NCBI GenBank assembly: GCA_015075445.1
Contig: JABTUJ010000042.1
Coordinates: forward strand, 3,732 to 67,731
Direction: 5' to 3'
DNA length: 64,000 nt
Source of the DNA: Verrucomicrobiales bacterium
GTDB lineage: Bacteria > Verrucomicrobiota > Verrucomicrobiia > Limisphaerales > J093
The notes under the pieces were generated by a model. The model was not told the origin of the DNA. It was given only the letters and a program-made list of their open reading frames with translations, and did not search any database. The position numbers and the translations under genes are program-made. This document shows, one piece after another, positions 37,021 to 47,346 of the stretch. Positions within the stretch are counted from its first letter, which is position 1. Every line of letters begins with the position of its first letter.

Positions 37021-37092
37021 GTAGGCGCCGACGTGAGGAGGCGTTGTGGGTGAGCGGCCGAGCGACTTCGCCTCCTCACGTCGGCGCCTACC
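37021..37092. repeat. REP-like hairpin, GTAGGCGCCGACGTGAGGAGGCG family
   Basis: Perfect 23-nt arms (37021-37043 and 37070-37092) around a 26-nt loop. Confidence 0.9.
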
Positions 37093-37211
37093 GTCGATCG
37101 CGGTTTCTTGCGGAGGATTTCCGCTTCGGGCCAAGGGCCCCCAGCGGCTGGCCGGGAGCTTGCCTTCGGTCAAGGCGGCGAGGCCAGGAGCCCGGAAATG
37201 CTCGCGCCCCG

Positions 37212-38594
37212 ATGCACACGGCTTCCCCTCCCTCGTCGGTGTCCCCGACGCTGCTGCTGGTCACGCTGGTGGCGGTGACCGGCGGCTTTCTTTTCGGCTA
37301 CGACACCGCGGTGATCAATGGGGCCAATCAGTACCTCAAGGCCCACTTCGAGCTGAGCCCGGCCCAGGAAGGGTTCGCCGGCGCGAGCGCCATTCTGGGG
37401 TGCATTCCCGGCGCGATGTTCGCCGGGTTCCTGAGCGACCGCTTCGGGCGGCGCAAAGTCCTGTTCCTCTGTGCCGTGCTGTACGCGGTGTCGGGGGTGT
37501 TGTCGGCCATCCCCCGCACCTTCGGCGAGTTCCTGACGGCCCGGTTCATCAGCGGCCTCGGCATCGGGGCCTCCTCGATGATCTGTCCGATCTACATCGC
37601 CGAGCTCGCACCCGCCGCCAAACGCGGGCGCCTCGGCTCCCTCTTCCAGCTCGGCATCGTGGTGGGCATCTTCCTCACCCTCTTCGTCAACGCCTGGGTG
37701 CAGGGGATGGGCGACGAGACGTGGAACCGGACCTGGGGCTGGCGCTGGATGCTCGGCGCCGAAGTCGTGCCCGCCGTAGGCTTGCTCGCGCTCCTGTTCT
37801 TCGTGCCGGAAAGCCCGCGTTGGCTGTTGCAGGCCGGCAACGAAACCGAAGCCCGACGCATCCTTGCCGGGGTCGTCGGACCGGCCCAGGCCGAGACGGA
37901 ACTGACCGCGGTGCGCGCGGTGCTGGGGACCGAGGAAGGCCGGCTGAGCGAGCTGTTCCACGCCCGGTTCCGCGCGCCGCTGCTGATCGCGGTAGCCCTG
38001 ATGGCGTTCTCCCAGTTCAGCGGGATCAACGCGATCATGTATTACTCGACCAAGATCTTCACCACCGCCGGCGTGGGGGTGAAGGACGCGTTCATGGCCT
38101 CGGCCATCGTGGGGTTGGTCAACGTCATCTTCACCTTCGTGGCCATCGCCTTCGTGGACCGGGCGGGCCGGCGCCCGTTGCTGTTGATCGGGCTGGCCGT
38201 CCAGGTGCTGGCCTTGGGCGCCGTCGGCGGGATGTTCGTGGCCGGAGTGGGCGGGATCTGGCTGCTGGCCGGGATCCTCGGCTTCATTGCGGCGTTCGCG
38301 ATGGCCCTCGGCCCCATCCCCTGGATCCTGTGCTCCGAGATCTTCCCCACCAAGATCCGCGGGCGCGCCATGTCCGTGGCAACGTTCGTGATCTGGACTT
38401 CGTGCTACGTGGTGGCGCAGACGTTTCCCATGTTGAACGACCACCCGGCCATCGGTCCGGCCAAGACCTTCTTCGTGTACGGGGCGTTCAGCCTGGCGGG
38501 CCTGCTGTTTGTGTGGGCCAAGGTGCCCGAGACCAAGGGCCGCACGCTCGAAGCCATCGAGGCCTCCTGGCCCGCTCCCACACCGCGGTCGTAG
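37212..38594 (+). CDS. MFS sugar porter (xylose/galactose:H+ symporter-like)
   Basis: FLFGYDTAVINGA...GFLSDRFGRRK...PIYIAELAPAAKRGRLGSLFQL...PESPRWL...VDRAGRRPLL...PETKGRTLE. Confidence 0.9.
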   Translation: MHTASPPSSVSPTLLLVTLVAVTGGFLFGYDTAVINGANQYLKAHFELSPAQEGFAGASAILGCIPGAMFAGFLSDRFGRRKVLFLCAVLYAVSGVLSAIPRTFGEFLTARFISGLGIGASSMICPIYIAELAPAAKRGRLGSLFQLGIVVGIFLTLFVNAWVQGMGDETWNRTWGWRWMLGAEVVPAVGLLALLFFVPESPRWLLQAGNETEARRILAGVVGPAQAETELTAVRAVLGTEEGRLSELFHARFRAPLLIAVALMAFSQFSGINAIMYYSTKIFTTAGVGVKDAFMASAIVGLVNVIFTFVAIAFVDRAGRRPLLLIGLAVQVLALGAVGGMFVAGVGGIWLLAGILGFIAAFAMALGPIPWILCSEIFPTKIRGRAMSVATFVIWTSCYVVAQTFPMLNDHPAIGPAKTFFVYGAFSLAGLLFVWAKVPETKGRTLEAIEASWPAPTPRS

Positions 38595-38693
38595 GTCCCG
38601 GTCCAGCCGAAGTACGGCGACGCCACACAGCAGCCGTTCTCGCTTTGACCATGCCCCCCAAGCCGGGTGTGGGCACCCAGGCGAACGCCTTGC

Positions 38694-38788
38694 CAATCCG
38701 CACCCTTGTAGGCCGGGTGCCCTCACCCGGCGATCCCCTCCCCAATCCGCGCCCTTGTAGGCCGGGTGCCCGCACCCGGCGATCCCCC
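38694..38788. repeat. Two tandem copies (period 48) of the GTAGGCCGGGTGCCCTCACCCGGC hairpin element
   Basis: caatccgcacccttgtaggccgggtgccctcacccggcgatcccc followed by caatccgcgcccttgtaggccgggtgcccgcacccggcgatcccc. Confidence 0.85.
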
Positions 38789-38951
38789 GGGCCAAAACGA
38801 GAACGGCCGCCGAACGGGACGAAACATTGACGCCGGGCGGCGCGGGGATAACGTGGCGTGACGCGGGTGGCTCGCAGCGGGCGCGTTGGGTTCGCGCCTC
38901 TCCCCCCGCCAGGCCAGGCAACATGCCGGCCGGGAAACACGGAGTCTGTTT

Positions 38952-41900
38952 ATGCCAGAAGTATCGCCCAGCCAACGGTCACCGGGAATGATCCGGCGTT
39001 CCCGGCGGTTCAAACGGCGCATCGGATATGCGGTCGGGTTGGTGACCCTGCTGTTGCTTTCGTATTTCGTCCTGAGCAATAGCTGGTTTTTGAAGACCTT
39101 CGTGCTCCCGCGGGTCGCCGCCGCCACCGGCACCCAGCTCAGCGTGGCGCACATCTCCCTCCAGCCTTTCTCGCGGCTCCAGCTCAAGCAGGTCCGCGTC
39201 GAGACCACCGGGGAACAACCGCTGCTGCGCGCCGACGAGATCACCGTCCGCTACCATCTCCTCCGCCTGCTGCGCGGCCAGGTCGCCGTGCCCGAAATCT
39301 CGCTCGTCCGTCCCGAACTCCACGTCGTGGTGACCGCGGACGGCAAGAGCAACCTCGACCCCTGGCTCACCGGCGAAACTTCGCCCCAGAAACCCGGTGA
39401 GGAGCCCCTGATCATCGATCTCGGCGCCTTCACCATCCGGTCCGGCGCCCTCACCTACTGTCAGTGGGCCAGCGACGGCTCCCGACAATGCTCCTCCCTC
39501 ACCAACCTCAACGTCGACCTCACCAACCTGCGCAGCGGCGCGAAGGAAGCCCCGGCCGAGCCCGCGAAAGCCAATCTCAAACTCAGTGCCGCGGTCCTCC
39601 AAACGATGGCCGCCGCCGGTGGTCCGCCTGAATCCGCCCAGGGGAACCTGACCGGCGCCCTCGAGTTCAGCCTTCTCCCCAGCCTGTTGCCAGGCGAGGC
39701 CCGCGGCGATGTCCGCCTGGACTTCACCACGGCGGACGGTGCCCTCAGCGACCTCGCCGGATGGTCCGGCCTGATCGACCTGGACCTCACCAAAGACGAG
39801 TTGCGACGCCTTTCCCTCAAATTCCTGCGCCAGAACCAGGAACTCGGCGAGGCCCGGCTCTTCGGTCCGTTCAGCCTCTCCCAGAAGGTGGGCCGCCTCA
39901 ACTTCCGGCTCAGCTCCATCGGACACACCGCTCTCAACCTCCTCGGCGCCCCGCTGGGCCTCAACTTCGGCGAAACCGCCATCGACGGTTCCGGCTTCTG
40001 CGACGTCGCCGCCGGCGGCCGAACCTACACGGCCAACCTGGCCCTGAGCGCCCAGCGCTTCTCGGTCCGCCAGGGAACTCTCGCCACCCCCCCCCTCGAA
40101 CTGGCCTTCGAGTTGCGCGGGAACGCCGACTTGAGTGAGAGCCGGGCCCACATCGAACGTCTGTCTCTTTCCGGCAAGCACCAGGATCGCGACTTCCTCA
40201 GTATCTCCGCCCAGAATGCCCTGAACCTCAATTGGGCCAAGATCGACACCCGCTCTGCAGCCCCGGCACCCACTATCATCGGCCTGACCGTCAAGGACCT
40301 GCGCCTCTCCGACTGGCGGGCGCTGGTCAGCACCAACGTCAACGACGGCCTCGTCAACCTCCACGCCAACATCGTCAGCGCCGACAACGGCCGCCGCCTC
40401 ACCGCCGACCTGTCCAACGTCGTCGAACGCCTCGAACTGACCATCGGGGACACCCTCTGGAAAGACCTGGGCGCCGTCTTCACCGGCCGCCTCACCCTCT
40501 CCGACTACCGCAACGTCAGATTCGAAGCAGGCCAGTTCAATTACCTCGAGGGCAACGCCGAGCTCCTCAGGTCCCGCATCTCGGCCAGCTACGACCTCAC
40601 CTCCAACGCCGGCAACATCGAGATCGCTTCCAGCGGCGATCTGCCCATCCTCTTGTCACGCCACCCGGTTCCCGAACTCCACTTCGATCAGGGAACGCTG
40701 GGCACCAGCCTCCTCCTCAACTGGGGCCAGGACCGATACTCCGGCAGCGTCACGCTCCAGATCGGCAACGCCGAGGGCACCGTGGGCGGCTACCGCGTGG
40801 ACGGCTACAGCGCGCAGTTTGACGCCAACGGCGACCTCCACCGCGACAAATTCGCCATCCGCCGCCTCGGCCTCAGCGCTCGCGAAGGAACCCGTAACGG
40901 CGGCACTATCGAGCTGGTCGGACAACTCGACGGCGCCACCCAGACCGCCCAGCTCAACCTCAACGTCAGCGACCTCAACCAGGCCGGCTTGCGCCCCTTC
41001 CTCGCCCCCACCTGGACCACCCACGACCTCACCTCCGCCACCATCAAGGCCACCGGCGAACTCCGCTACGACGCCGGCGCCATGCCCCCCATCAGCCTCG
41101 ACGATACCGCCCGCCTCCAGCGGCTCGTCGACCAACTCGCCACCGGCATCGGCACCACCACCCTCCACCTCAACGCCGAGGCCACCAACCTCGTCGTCCA
41201 AAGCCGGGCCAACGGCCAGTCCAGCCCCCCCTTCGGCTTTGCCCTGCTCCTCGCCGGCTCGCGCCAGGGCGAACTCTTCAAACTGAATACCAATCGCATC
41301 CAGCTTCCCCCCACCGCATCCCCCACCTTCCGCGCGCAGAACGAGCTGCTCCTGAGCGGTCAGTTTGACCTGGCGCCCGTCAACCCCACACCCAGCACGC
41401 TCACCGTCCGCGCCGAGTCGCTCGACCTGACCACCTTCAGCGACCTGGTCACCGTTCTCACCACCACCCCCACAAACACCACCGCCACGGCCGCCGCCGC
41501 AACCCCGGCGCCCGAGGTCGAACCGCCCGCTCTCTCGCTGCCGCTCCGCCAACTGGACGCCTCCCTGGACGTCGCCGCCCTCTACCTCCGCGAGATCGAG
41601 GTGCGAAACTGGAAGGCCAAGGCTCAGCTCCGAGACGACCGCCTCACCATCGCCCCCTTCGGCCTCCAACTGAATGGCGGCGACGTCACCGCCACCGCGG
41701 CCCTGGACCTCACCCGCCCGGGTTACACGTACCAGTTCACCGCCACCGCGAACCAGGTGCCCCTCGCGCCCCTCGTCAATTCCAGCGCCCCGGACTACCG
41801 CGATTCCGTCCAGGGCCAGTTCCTCGGCCAACTCGCCATCGGCGGCGCCGGCATCACCGGTCCCAGCCTCCAGCAACACCTCAACGGAACCGCCCAGGTG

Positions 41901-42629
41901 AGCTCGACCAACCTCTCCTTCCAGATCGTCACCCCCCGCACCAAGAAGCTCCTCACCACCCTCGCCACCGCCCTCCGCCTCCAGGACCTCGCCCAGTCTC
42001 CCCTCACCCTCCTGGCCGCGAACGTCCTCATCACCAACGGCGCTGTGAACGTTCGCCCCTTCACCGCCGCCAGCGACGCTTTCTTTGCCACTTCCGAGGG
42101 CGTCATCCGACTCGATCCCGTGCTCACCAACTCCAGCGTCCAGCTCCCGATTCAGCTCGCCTTGCGTGAAGACCTCGCCCGCCAAATCAAGTTGGTCAAC
42201 CTCACGCCCTCCTCCCGCACCAACTACCTCGCCTTGCCACCGCTGGTCCGCCTGGCCGGCACCCTCGGCGCCCCCGAGACCGAGATCGACAAGGTCCGCC
42301 TGGCCGCCCTCCTCGCCGGCAGCGTCGGCGGCGCCCTCGGAGGCCAGACCGGCACCGCCCTCCAGGGCGTCGGTAGCCTCCTCCAGGGCGATGCCAAGGA
42401 GGCCATCGGCAGCCTGAACACTCTCATCCCCGGCCAGCGCCCCGCCGCCCTCAGCAACGTCCTCTCCCTGACCAATCTGCTGAGTCCCGCCAAGGCCCCG
42501 ACCAACGCCCCGACGCCGCCCAGCACCAACGCCCCAGCCACCAACGCCGCGCCCGCTACACCCCCCACCAACACCACCTCCCAACCCACCCTCCGAAACG
42601 TCCTCGACGCCTTGCGCAAACGCGACTAA
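38952..42629 (+). CDS. AsmA-family outer-membrane biogenesis protein (1225 aa)
   Basis: N-terminal anchor RRIGYAVGLVTLLLLSYFVL, then FLKTFVLPRVAAATGTQLSVAHISLQPFSRLQLKQVRV...VPEISLVRPELHVV, typical of the AsmA N-terminus. The remainder is a long beta-rich body. Confidence 0.7.
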   Translation: MPEVSPSQRSPGMIRRSRRFKRRIGYAVGLVTLLLLSYFVLSNSWFLKTFVLPRVAAATGTQLSVAHISLQPFSRLQLKQVRVETTGEQPLLRADEITVRYHLLRLLRGQVAVPEISLVRPELHVVVTADGKSNLDPWLTGETSPQKPGEEPLIIDLGAFTIRSGALTYCQWASDGSRQCSSLTNLNVDLTNLRSGAKEAPAEPAKANLKLSAAVLQTMAAAGGPPESAQGNLTGALEFSLLPSLLPGEARGDVRLDFTTADGALSDLAGWSGLIDLDLTKDELRRLSLKFLRQNQELGEARLFGPFSLSQKVGRLNFRLSSIGHTALNLLGAPLGLNFGETAIDGSGFCDVAAGGRTYTANLALSAQRFSVRQGTLATPPLELAFELRGNADLSESRAHIERLSLSGKHQDRDFLSISAQNALNLNWAKIDTRSAAPAPTIIGLTVKDLRLSDWRALVSTNVNDGLVNLHANIVSADNGRRLTADLSNVVERLELTIGDTLWKDLGAVFTGRLTLSDYRNVRFEAGQFNYLEGNAELLRSRISASYDLTSNAGNIEIASSGDLPILLSRHPVPELHFDQGTLGTSLLLNWGQDRYSGSVTLQIGNAEGTVGGYRVDGYSAQFDANGDLHRDKFAIRRLGLSAREGTRNGGTIELVGQLDGATQTAQLNLNVSDLNQAGLRPFLAPTWTTHDLTSATIKATGELRYDAGAMPPISLDDTARLQRLVDQLATGIGTTTLHLNAEATNLVVQSRANGQSSPPFGFALLLAGSRQGELFKLNTNRIQLPPTASPTFRAQNELLLSGQFDLAPVNPTPSTLTVRAESLDLTTFSDLVTVLTTTPTNTTATAAAATPAPEVEPPALSLPLRQLDASLDVAALYLREIEVRNWKAKAQLRDDRLTIAPFGLQLNGGDVTATAALDLTRPGYTYQFTATANQVPLAPLVNSSAPDYRDSVQGQFLGQLAIGGAGITGPSLQQHLNGTAQVSSTNLSFQIVTPRTKKLLTTLATALRLQDLAQSPLTLLAANVLITNGAVNVRPFTAASDAFFATSEGVIRLDPVLTNSSVQLPIQLALREDLARQIKLVNLTPSSRTNYLALPPLVRLAGTLGAPETEIDKVRLAALLAGSVGGALGGQTGTALQGVGSLLQGDAKEAIGSLNTLIPGQRPAALSNVLSLTNLLSPAKAPTNAPTPPSTNAPATNAAPATPPTNTTSQPTLRNVLDALRKRD

Positions 42630-42649
42630 ACCGGCGCCCCCACCCCTAG

Positions 42650-44023
42650 ATGAACCCTGTCCTCGAGTACCTCGCCCAACACCACGAACGCTTCGTGCGT
42701 GACTTGGGCGATTACGTCCGGTTCCCCAGCATCTCCGCCCAGCCCCAGCACAAGCCCGATCTCCAGGCCTGCGCCACGTGGCTCGCCGAACGCTGTCGCC
42801 AGCTCGGCCTCGACACCGAGCTCTGCCCCACCCCCGGCCATCCCGTCGTCCTCGCCCGCACCCCCCGGCAGCCCGGCTCCCAGCGCCCCCACTTCGTCGT
42901 CTACGGCCACTACGACGTCCAGCCCCCCGAACCCTTCGAGCTCTGGACTTCCCCCCCGTTCGAGCCGCGCCTCTCGGGCTCCTCCCTCTTTGCCCGCGGC
43001 GCCAGCGACAACAAGGGCCAGCATCTCGCCCACCTCAACGCCGTCGAAGCTTATCTCCACACCGGCACCGAGCTTCCCTGCGACCTCACCTTCGTCATCG
43101 AAGGTGAGGAAGAAGTCGGCAGCCCCAACCTCGCCGGCTTCCTCGAAGCCCGCCGCACCGAACTGCGCTGCCATCACGTCGTCATCTCCGACACCGGCAT
43201 GCCCGCCCGTGACCTGCCCGCCTTGACCTACGGCCTCCGGGGCATCGTCGCCGTCGAACTCAAACTCACCGGCCCCAGCCGCGACCTCCACTCCGGCATC
43301 TTCGGCGGCACCGTCGACAACCCCGCGCTCGCCCTCTGCCAGGTCCTCGCCCAACTCCGCGACCGCCGCGGCCGCGTCAACATCCCGGGCTTCTACGACG
43401 ATGTCGTCTCGCTCTCCCCGTACGAGCGCCGACAACTCGCCCGCCTGCCCTACCAGGAACGGGCTTACACCAAGTTCCTCGGCGTCCCCCAGCTCGCGGG
43501 CGAAGCCGGCTACACCGCCTGGGAACAACGCAGCGCCCGACCCACCGTCGAGATCAACGGCCTCACCAGCGGCTACCAGGGCGAAGGCAGCAAAACCATC
43601 ATCCCCGCCTGGGCCAGCGCCAAGCTCACCTTCCGGCTCGTCCCCAACCAGAAACCCCGCCCCATCGCCCGCTGCGTTCAACGCCACCTCCGTAAACTCT
43701 GCCCCCCCACCGTCCGCGCCGACATCCACATCGGCCACGGCGGCGAACCCTACCTCCTCGACCCCCGCAGCCCCGCCGCCCGCGCCGCCTTGCGCGCCCT
43801 CGCCAAAGCCTTCGACCGCGAACCCGTCCTGCTCCGCGAAGGCGGTTCCATCCCCATCGTCACCGAGTTCCAACGCATCCTCGGTGCCGAAACCCTCCTC
43901 CTCGGCCTGGCATTGCCCGACGACAACGCCCACTCGCCCAACGAGAAGTTCGACCTCGACAACTACGCCGCCGGCATGCGCCTCGGCGCGGCGCTCTGGC
44001 CTGAGCTGGCGGCCATCGCCTGA
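42650..44023 (+). CDS. M20-family dipeptidase
   Basis: VVYGHYDVQPPEPFELWTSPPFEP...LFARGASDNKGQ...FVIEGEEEVGSP...HSPNEKF. Confidence 0.85.
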   Translation: MNPVLEYLAQHHERFVRDLGDYVRFPSISAQPQHKPDLQACATWLAERCRQLGLDTELCPTPGHPVVLARTPRQPGSQRPHFVVYGHYDVQPPEPFELWTSPPFEPRLSGSSLFARGASDNKGQHLAHLNAVEAYLHTGTELPCDLTFVIEGEEEVGSPNLAGFLEARRTELRCHHVVISDTGMPARDLPALTYGLRGIVAVELKLTGPSRDLHSGIFGGTVDNPALALCQVLAQLRDRRGRVNIPGFYDDVVSLSPYERRQLARLPYQERAYTKFLGVPQLAGEAGYTAWEQRSARPTVEINGLTSGYQGEGSKTIIPAWASAKLTFRLVPNQKPRPIARCVQRHLRKLCPPTVRADIHIGHGGEPYLLDPRSPAARAALRALAKAFDREPVLLREGGSIPIVTEFQRILGAETLLLGLALPDDNAHSPNEKFDLDNYAAGMRLGAALWPELAAIA

Positions 44024-44032
44024 CCCCTCACC

Positions 44033-44986
44033 GTGGACCAAATCGCCTTTCGGATCGGCAGCTTCGCCATCCACTGGTACGGCATCCTCGCCGCCGCCGG
44101 TTTCCTCGCCGGGCTGTGGACCGCCAGCCGCCGCGCCGCGCGCTCGCCCCTGCCCCGGCAGGCCATCGCGGACCTGGGTCCCTGGTTGATCCTCGGCACC
44201 CTCGCCGGGGCCCGCGTGTGGTTCGTCGTCGCCTACTGGCGCGAGGAGTTCTCCGGCCAGCCCCTCTGGCAGATCTTCAACGTCCGCGCCGGCGGCCTCG
44301 TGTTCTATGGCGGACTGGCCGGAGCCGCCCTCACCACCCTCGCCTTCGCGCGCCTCCGCCGGCTGCCCCTCTGGGAACTGGCCGACGCCCTGGCGCCCAG
44401 CATCGCCCTCGGCCACGCCTTCGGCCGCGTCGGCTGCTTCATCCACGGCTGCTGCTACGGAACGCCCACCACCCTCCCGTGGGCCGTTCACTACCACGAC
44501 GCCCTCAACGGCGCCGGCGTCGGCCTGCACCCCACGCAGCTCTACGAAGCCATCCTCCTCCTCGCCCTCTACGCCGCCCTCGCCTGGCAGTACCCCCAGA
44601 AACGCTTCGCCGGCCAGACCTTCTCCTTCTATCTCCTCGGCTACGCCACCCTTCGCTTCGCCGTCGAGATCTTCCGCGGCGACTACGGCGCCCAGCATTT
44701 CGGCGGTCTCAAACCCGGCCAGGCCTTCAGCGTGGTCGCCTTCGCCGCCGGCCTCTGGCTCTTCGCCGCCCGCAGCCGCGCCGCCACCGCCCCTCCCCCC
44801 CCCCGGGCCAGACCGAATCGACACCCTGCACATCGAGGTGTCGCAACCACGCACGCGGCTCGACGCCTTCCTGCGCGAGCGCTTCCCCGGCGTGTCGCGC
44901 GTCCATCTCCAACGCCTCATCCGCGACGGCGCGGTGCGCGTGGACGGCGCCGCCGTCAAACCCACCCACACGCCCCTCGCCGGTGA
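44033..44986 (+). CDS. lgt: Prolipoprotein diacylglyceryl transferase; true 3' end uncertain (a C10 tract lies at 44795-44804)
   Basis: IHWYGILAAAGFLAG...GGLVFYGGLAG...GHAFGRVGCFIHGCCYG...HPTQLYEA...LRFAVEIFRGD. After the C10 tract the ORF becomes an Arg/Pro-rich tail that overlaps rluD. Confidence 0.85.
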   Translation: MDQIAFRIGSFAIHWYGILAAAGFLAGLWTASRRAARSPLPRQAIADLGPWLILGTLAGARVWFVVAYWREEFSGQPLWQIFNVRAGGLVFYGGLAGAALTTLAFARLRRLPLWELADALAPSIALGHAFGRVGCFIHGCCYGTPTTLPWAVHYHDALNGAGVGLHPTQLYEAILLLALYAALAWQYPQKRFAGQTFSFYLLGYATLRFAVEIFRGDYGAQHFGGLKPGQAFSVVAFAAGLWLFAARSRAATAPPPPRARPNRHPAHRGVATTHAARRLPARALPRRVARPSPTPHPRRRGARGRRRRQTHPHAPRR

Positions 44987-45785
44987 AACCATCACCGTCG
45001 CGTGGCCCGAGGCCCGCCCCTCCACCCTCACCCCGCGCGCCCTCCCGCTGCAGGTCGTGTTCGAGGATGACCAGTTGGTCGTGCTCGACAAGGCCCCGGG
45101 CATGGTCGTGCATCCGGCCGGCGGGCATGAGGACAACACCCTCGTCCACGCGCTCCTCCACCATTGCCAGGGTCGGCTCAGCGGCATCGGCGGCGTCGCC
45201 CGCCCCGGCCTCGTCCATCGCCTCGACCAGTTCACCAGCGGCCTCCTGGTCGTGGCCAAGGACGACGCCACCCACCTCGAACTCGCCCGCCAGTTCGCCG
45301 AACGGGATGTCGTCAAGCTCTACGACGCCCTCCTCTGCGGCGAACTCGCCCGCGCGTCCGGCGAGATCCAGGCGGCCATCGCCCGGCATCCCAGCCATCG
45401 CAAGGTCATGACCGTCCGCGAAGGCGGCCGGGCCGCCCGCACCGGTTACCGCGTGCTCGAACGCCTGCACGGCGCAACGCTCGTCGAGGCCCGCCTCTAC
45501 ACCGGCCGCACCCACCAGATCCGCGTCCACTTCCAGCACCTCGGCTATCCGCTCGTCGGCGACCTCACCTACGGCAAGCGGCCCAACGCCCGCCTCACCG
45601 AGCTCACCGGGATGCAGGCCCCGCGCCAGATGTTGCACGCGCGGTTCCTGGCCTTCCGCCATCCGGTCGGCGGCCGTTCGATCGAGTTCACTTCCCCCTG
45701 GCCCGCCGATTTCGCCGCCACCGTTCAGGCGCTGCGGCGCAACACCGTGTCGCGCTGCGCCCAGGCCGGATCCGCGTCCGGATAG
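44838..45785 (+). CDS. rluD: RluA-family 23S rRNA pseudouridine synthase (RluD-like); start uncertain
   Basis: S4 domain [31 protein letters not shown]. Catalytic motif [19 protein letters not shown], then [11 protein letters not shown]. The first in-frame start after the C10 tract is GTG 44838. Confidence 0.8.
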   Translation: MSQPRTRLDAFLRERFPGVSRVHLQRLIRDGAVRVDGAAVKPTHTPLAGETITVAWPEARPSTLTPRALPLQVVFEDDQLVVLDKAPGMVVHPAGGHEDNTLVHALLHHCQGRLSGIGGVARPGLVHRLDQFTSGLLVVAKDDATHLELARQFAERDVVKLYDALLCGELARASGEIQAAIARHPSHRKVMTVREGGRAARTGYRVLERLHGATLVEARLYTGRTHQIRVHFQHLGYPLVGDLTYGKRPNARLTELTGMQAPRQMLHARFLAFRHPVGGRSIEFTSPWPADFAATVQALRRNTVSRCAQAGSASG

Positions 45786-47335
45786 TCCAGATTGAAGTGC
45801 AGCCCGCGGCTCTCCGGCCGCGCCATCGCGCTGCGCACAATCAGCTCCGCCACCAGCGCGATGTTGCGCAGCTCAAGCAGGTCCGCCGTCACCTGGAAGT
45901 CCCAGTAGAACTCCGTGATCTCCGCCTGCAGATTCGCAATCCGGTTCGCCGCGCGCTGCAGCCGCTTGTTCGTCCGCACGATGGCCACATAGTCCCACAT
46001 CAACCGCCGGATCTCGTCCCAGAGATGCGCCACCACCACCAGTTCGTCCGGGTTCTGCGCCTCCCCGGATTGCCAGGGCGGAATCGACGCCGCGAGCGGT
46101 GCCGCCGCTTCCCGCAGCGCCCGGCGGGACGCCCGGTGCGCCCCCACCAGCGCCTCGAGCAGTGAGTTGCTCGCCAGCCGGTTGGCCCCGTGCAGCCCCG
46201 TGCACGCCACCTCGCCAATCGCGTACAAGCCCGCTATCTCCGTCGCCCCGTCAAGATCCGTCACCACCCCGCCGCACTGGTAATGCGCCGCCGGCACCAC
46301 CGGGATCGGTTCTTTGGTGATGTCGATCCCCGCGTCCAGACAGGTGCGGTAGATGTTCGGGAAGCGCTGAATGATGAACGGCGCCGGCTTGTGCGTGATG
46401 TCCAGGTACACATGGTCCGCCCCCGTCCGCTTCATCTCGCTGTCAATCGCCCGCGCCACAATGTCCCGCGGCGCCAGCTCCTTGCGCGCATCGTACCGCG
46501 CCATGAATTCCGCCCCCGCCAAATCCCGCAGCACCGCCCCCTCCCCCCGCACCGCCTCGCTGATCAGACACGACTTCACCTACGGATGATATAGACACGT
46601 CGGGTGGAACTGCATGAACTCCAGATTCGCCACCGCCGCCCCCGCCCGGTACGCCATCGCCACCCCGTCCCCCGTCGCAATGTCCGGGTTCGTCGTGTAC
46701 AGGTACACCTTCCCGCACCCCCCCGTCGCCAACACCACCGTCGGCGCCGAAAACGCCGTCACCTCGCCCGCCACCTTCGATAGCACATACGCGCCCACGC
46801 AACGGTTCGGACCCGACACGCCCAGCTTCTGCGTCGTGATCAGGTCCACCGCAATGTGGTTCTCGAAGATCGCGATGCGCGGATGCCGCTCAGCCGCATC
46901 CACCAGCGCCCGCTCGATCTCCCGGCCGGTCATGTCCTTCGCGTGGACAATGCGCCGCTTCGAATGGCCCCCTTCCCGCCCCAGGTCCAGCTCGTGACGC
47001 CCCGGTTGCCCCGGCACCTCCCGCTCCGTAAAGCGCAGCCCCAACTCGATCAGCTCCCGAATCCGGGCCGGCCCCTCCTCCACCACCGTCCGCACCGCCT
47101 CCTCCCGACACAGCCCGGCCCCCGCCACCAGCGTGTCCCGCACGTGCAACTCGAACGAGTCCTCCGGGCTGATCACCGACGCGATGCCGCCCTGCGCATA
47201 GTTCGTGTTGGATTCCGCGCTGCCCTTCTTGGTCACCAGCGCCACCGAGCCCTGCTCGGCGGCGCGCAACGCGTAAAAGAGACCCGCGATGCCGCTGCCA
47301 ATGACGAGGTGGTCAAACTGCCTTTGAGGGTTCAT
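45725..47335 (-). pseudogene. nadB: L-aspartate oxidase interrupted by one in-frame TAG (46580-46582)
   Basis: ORFs 46580..47335 (MNPQRQFDHLVIGSGIAGL...FMQFHPTCLYHP) and 45725..46579 ([17 protein letters not shown]...[15 protein letters not shown]) share one frame and are separated only by TAG. Confidence 0.8.
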
Positions 47336-47346
47336 GTCGCCGCAGC

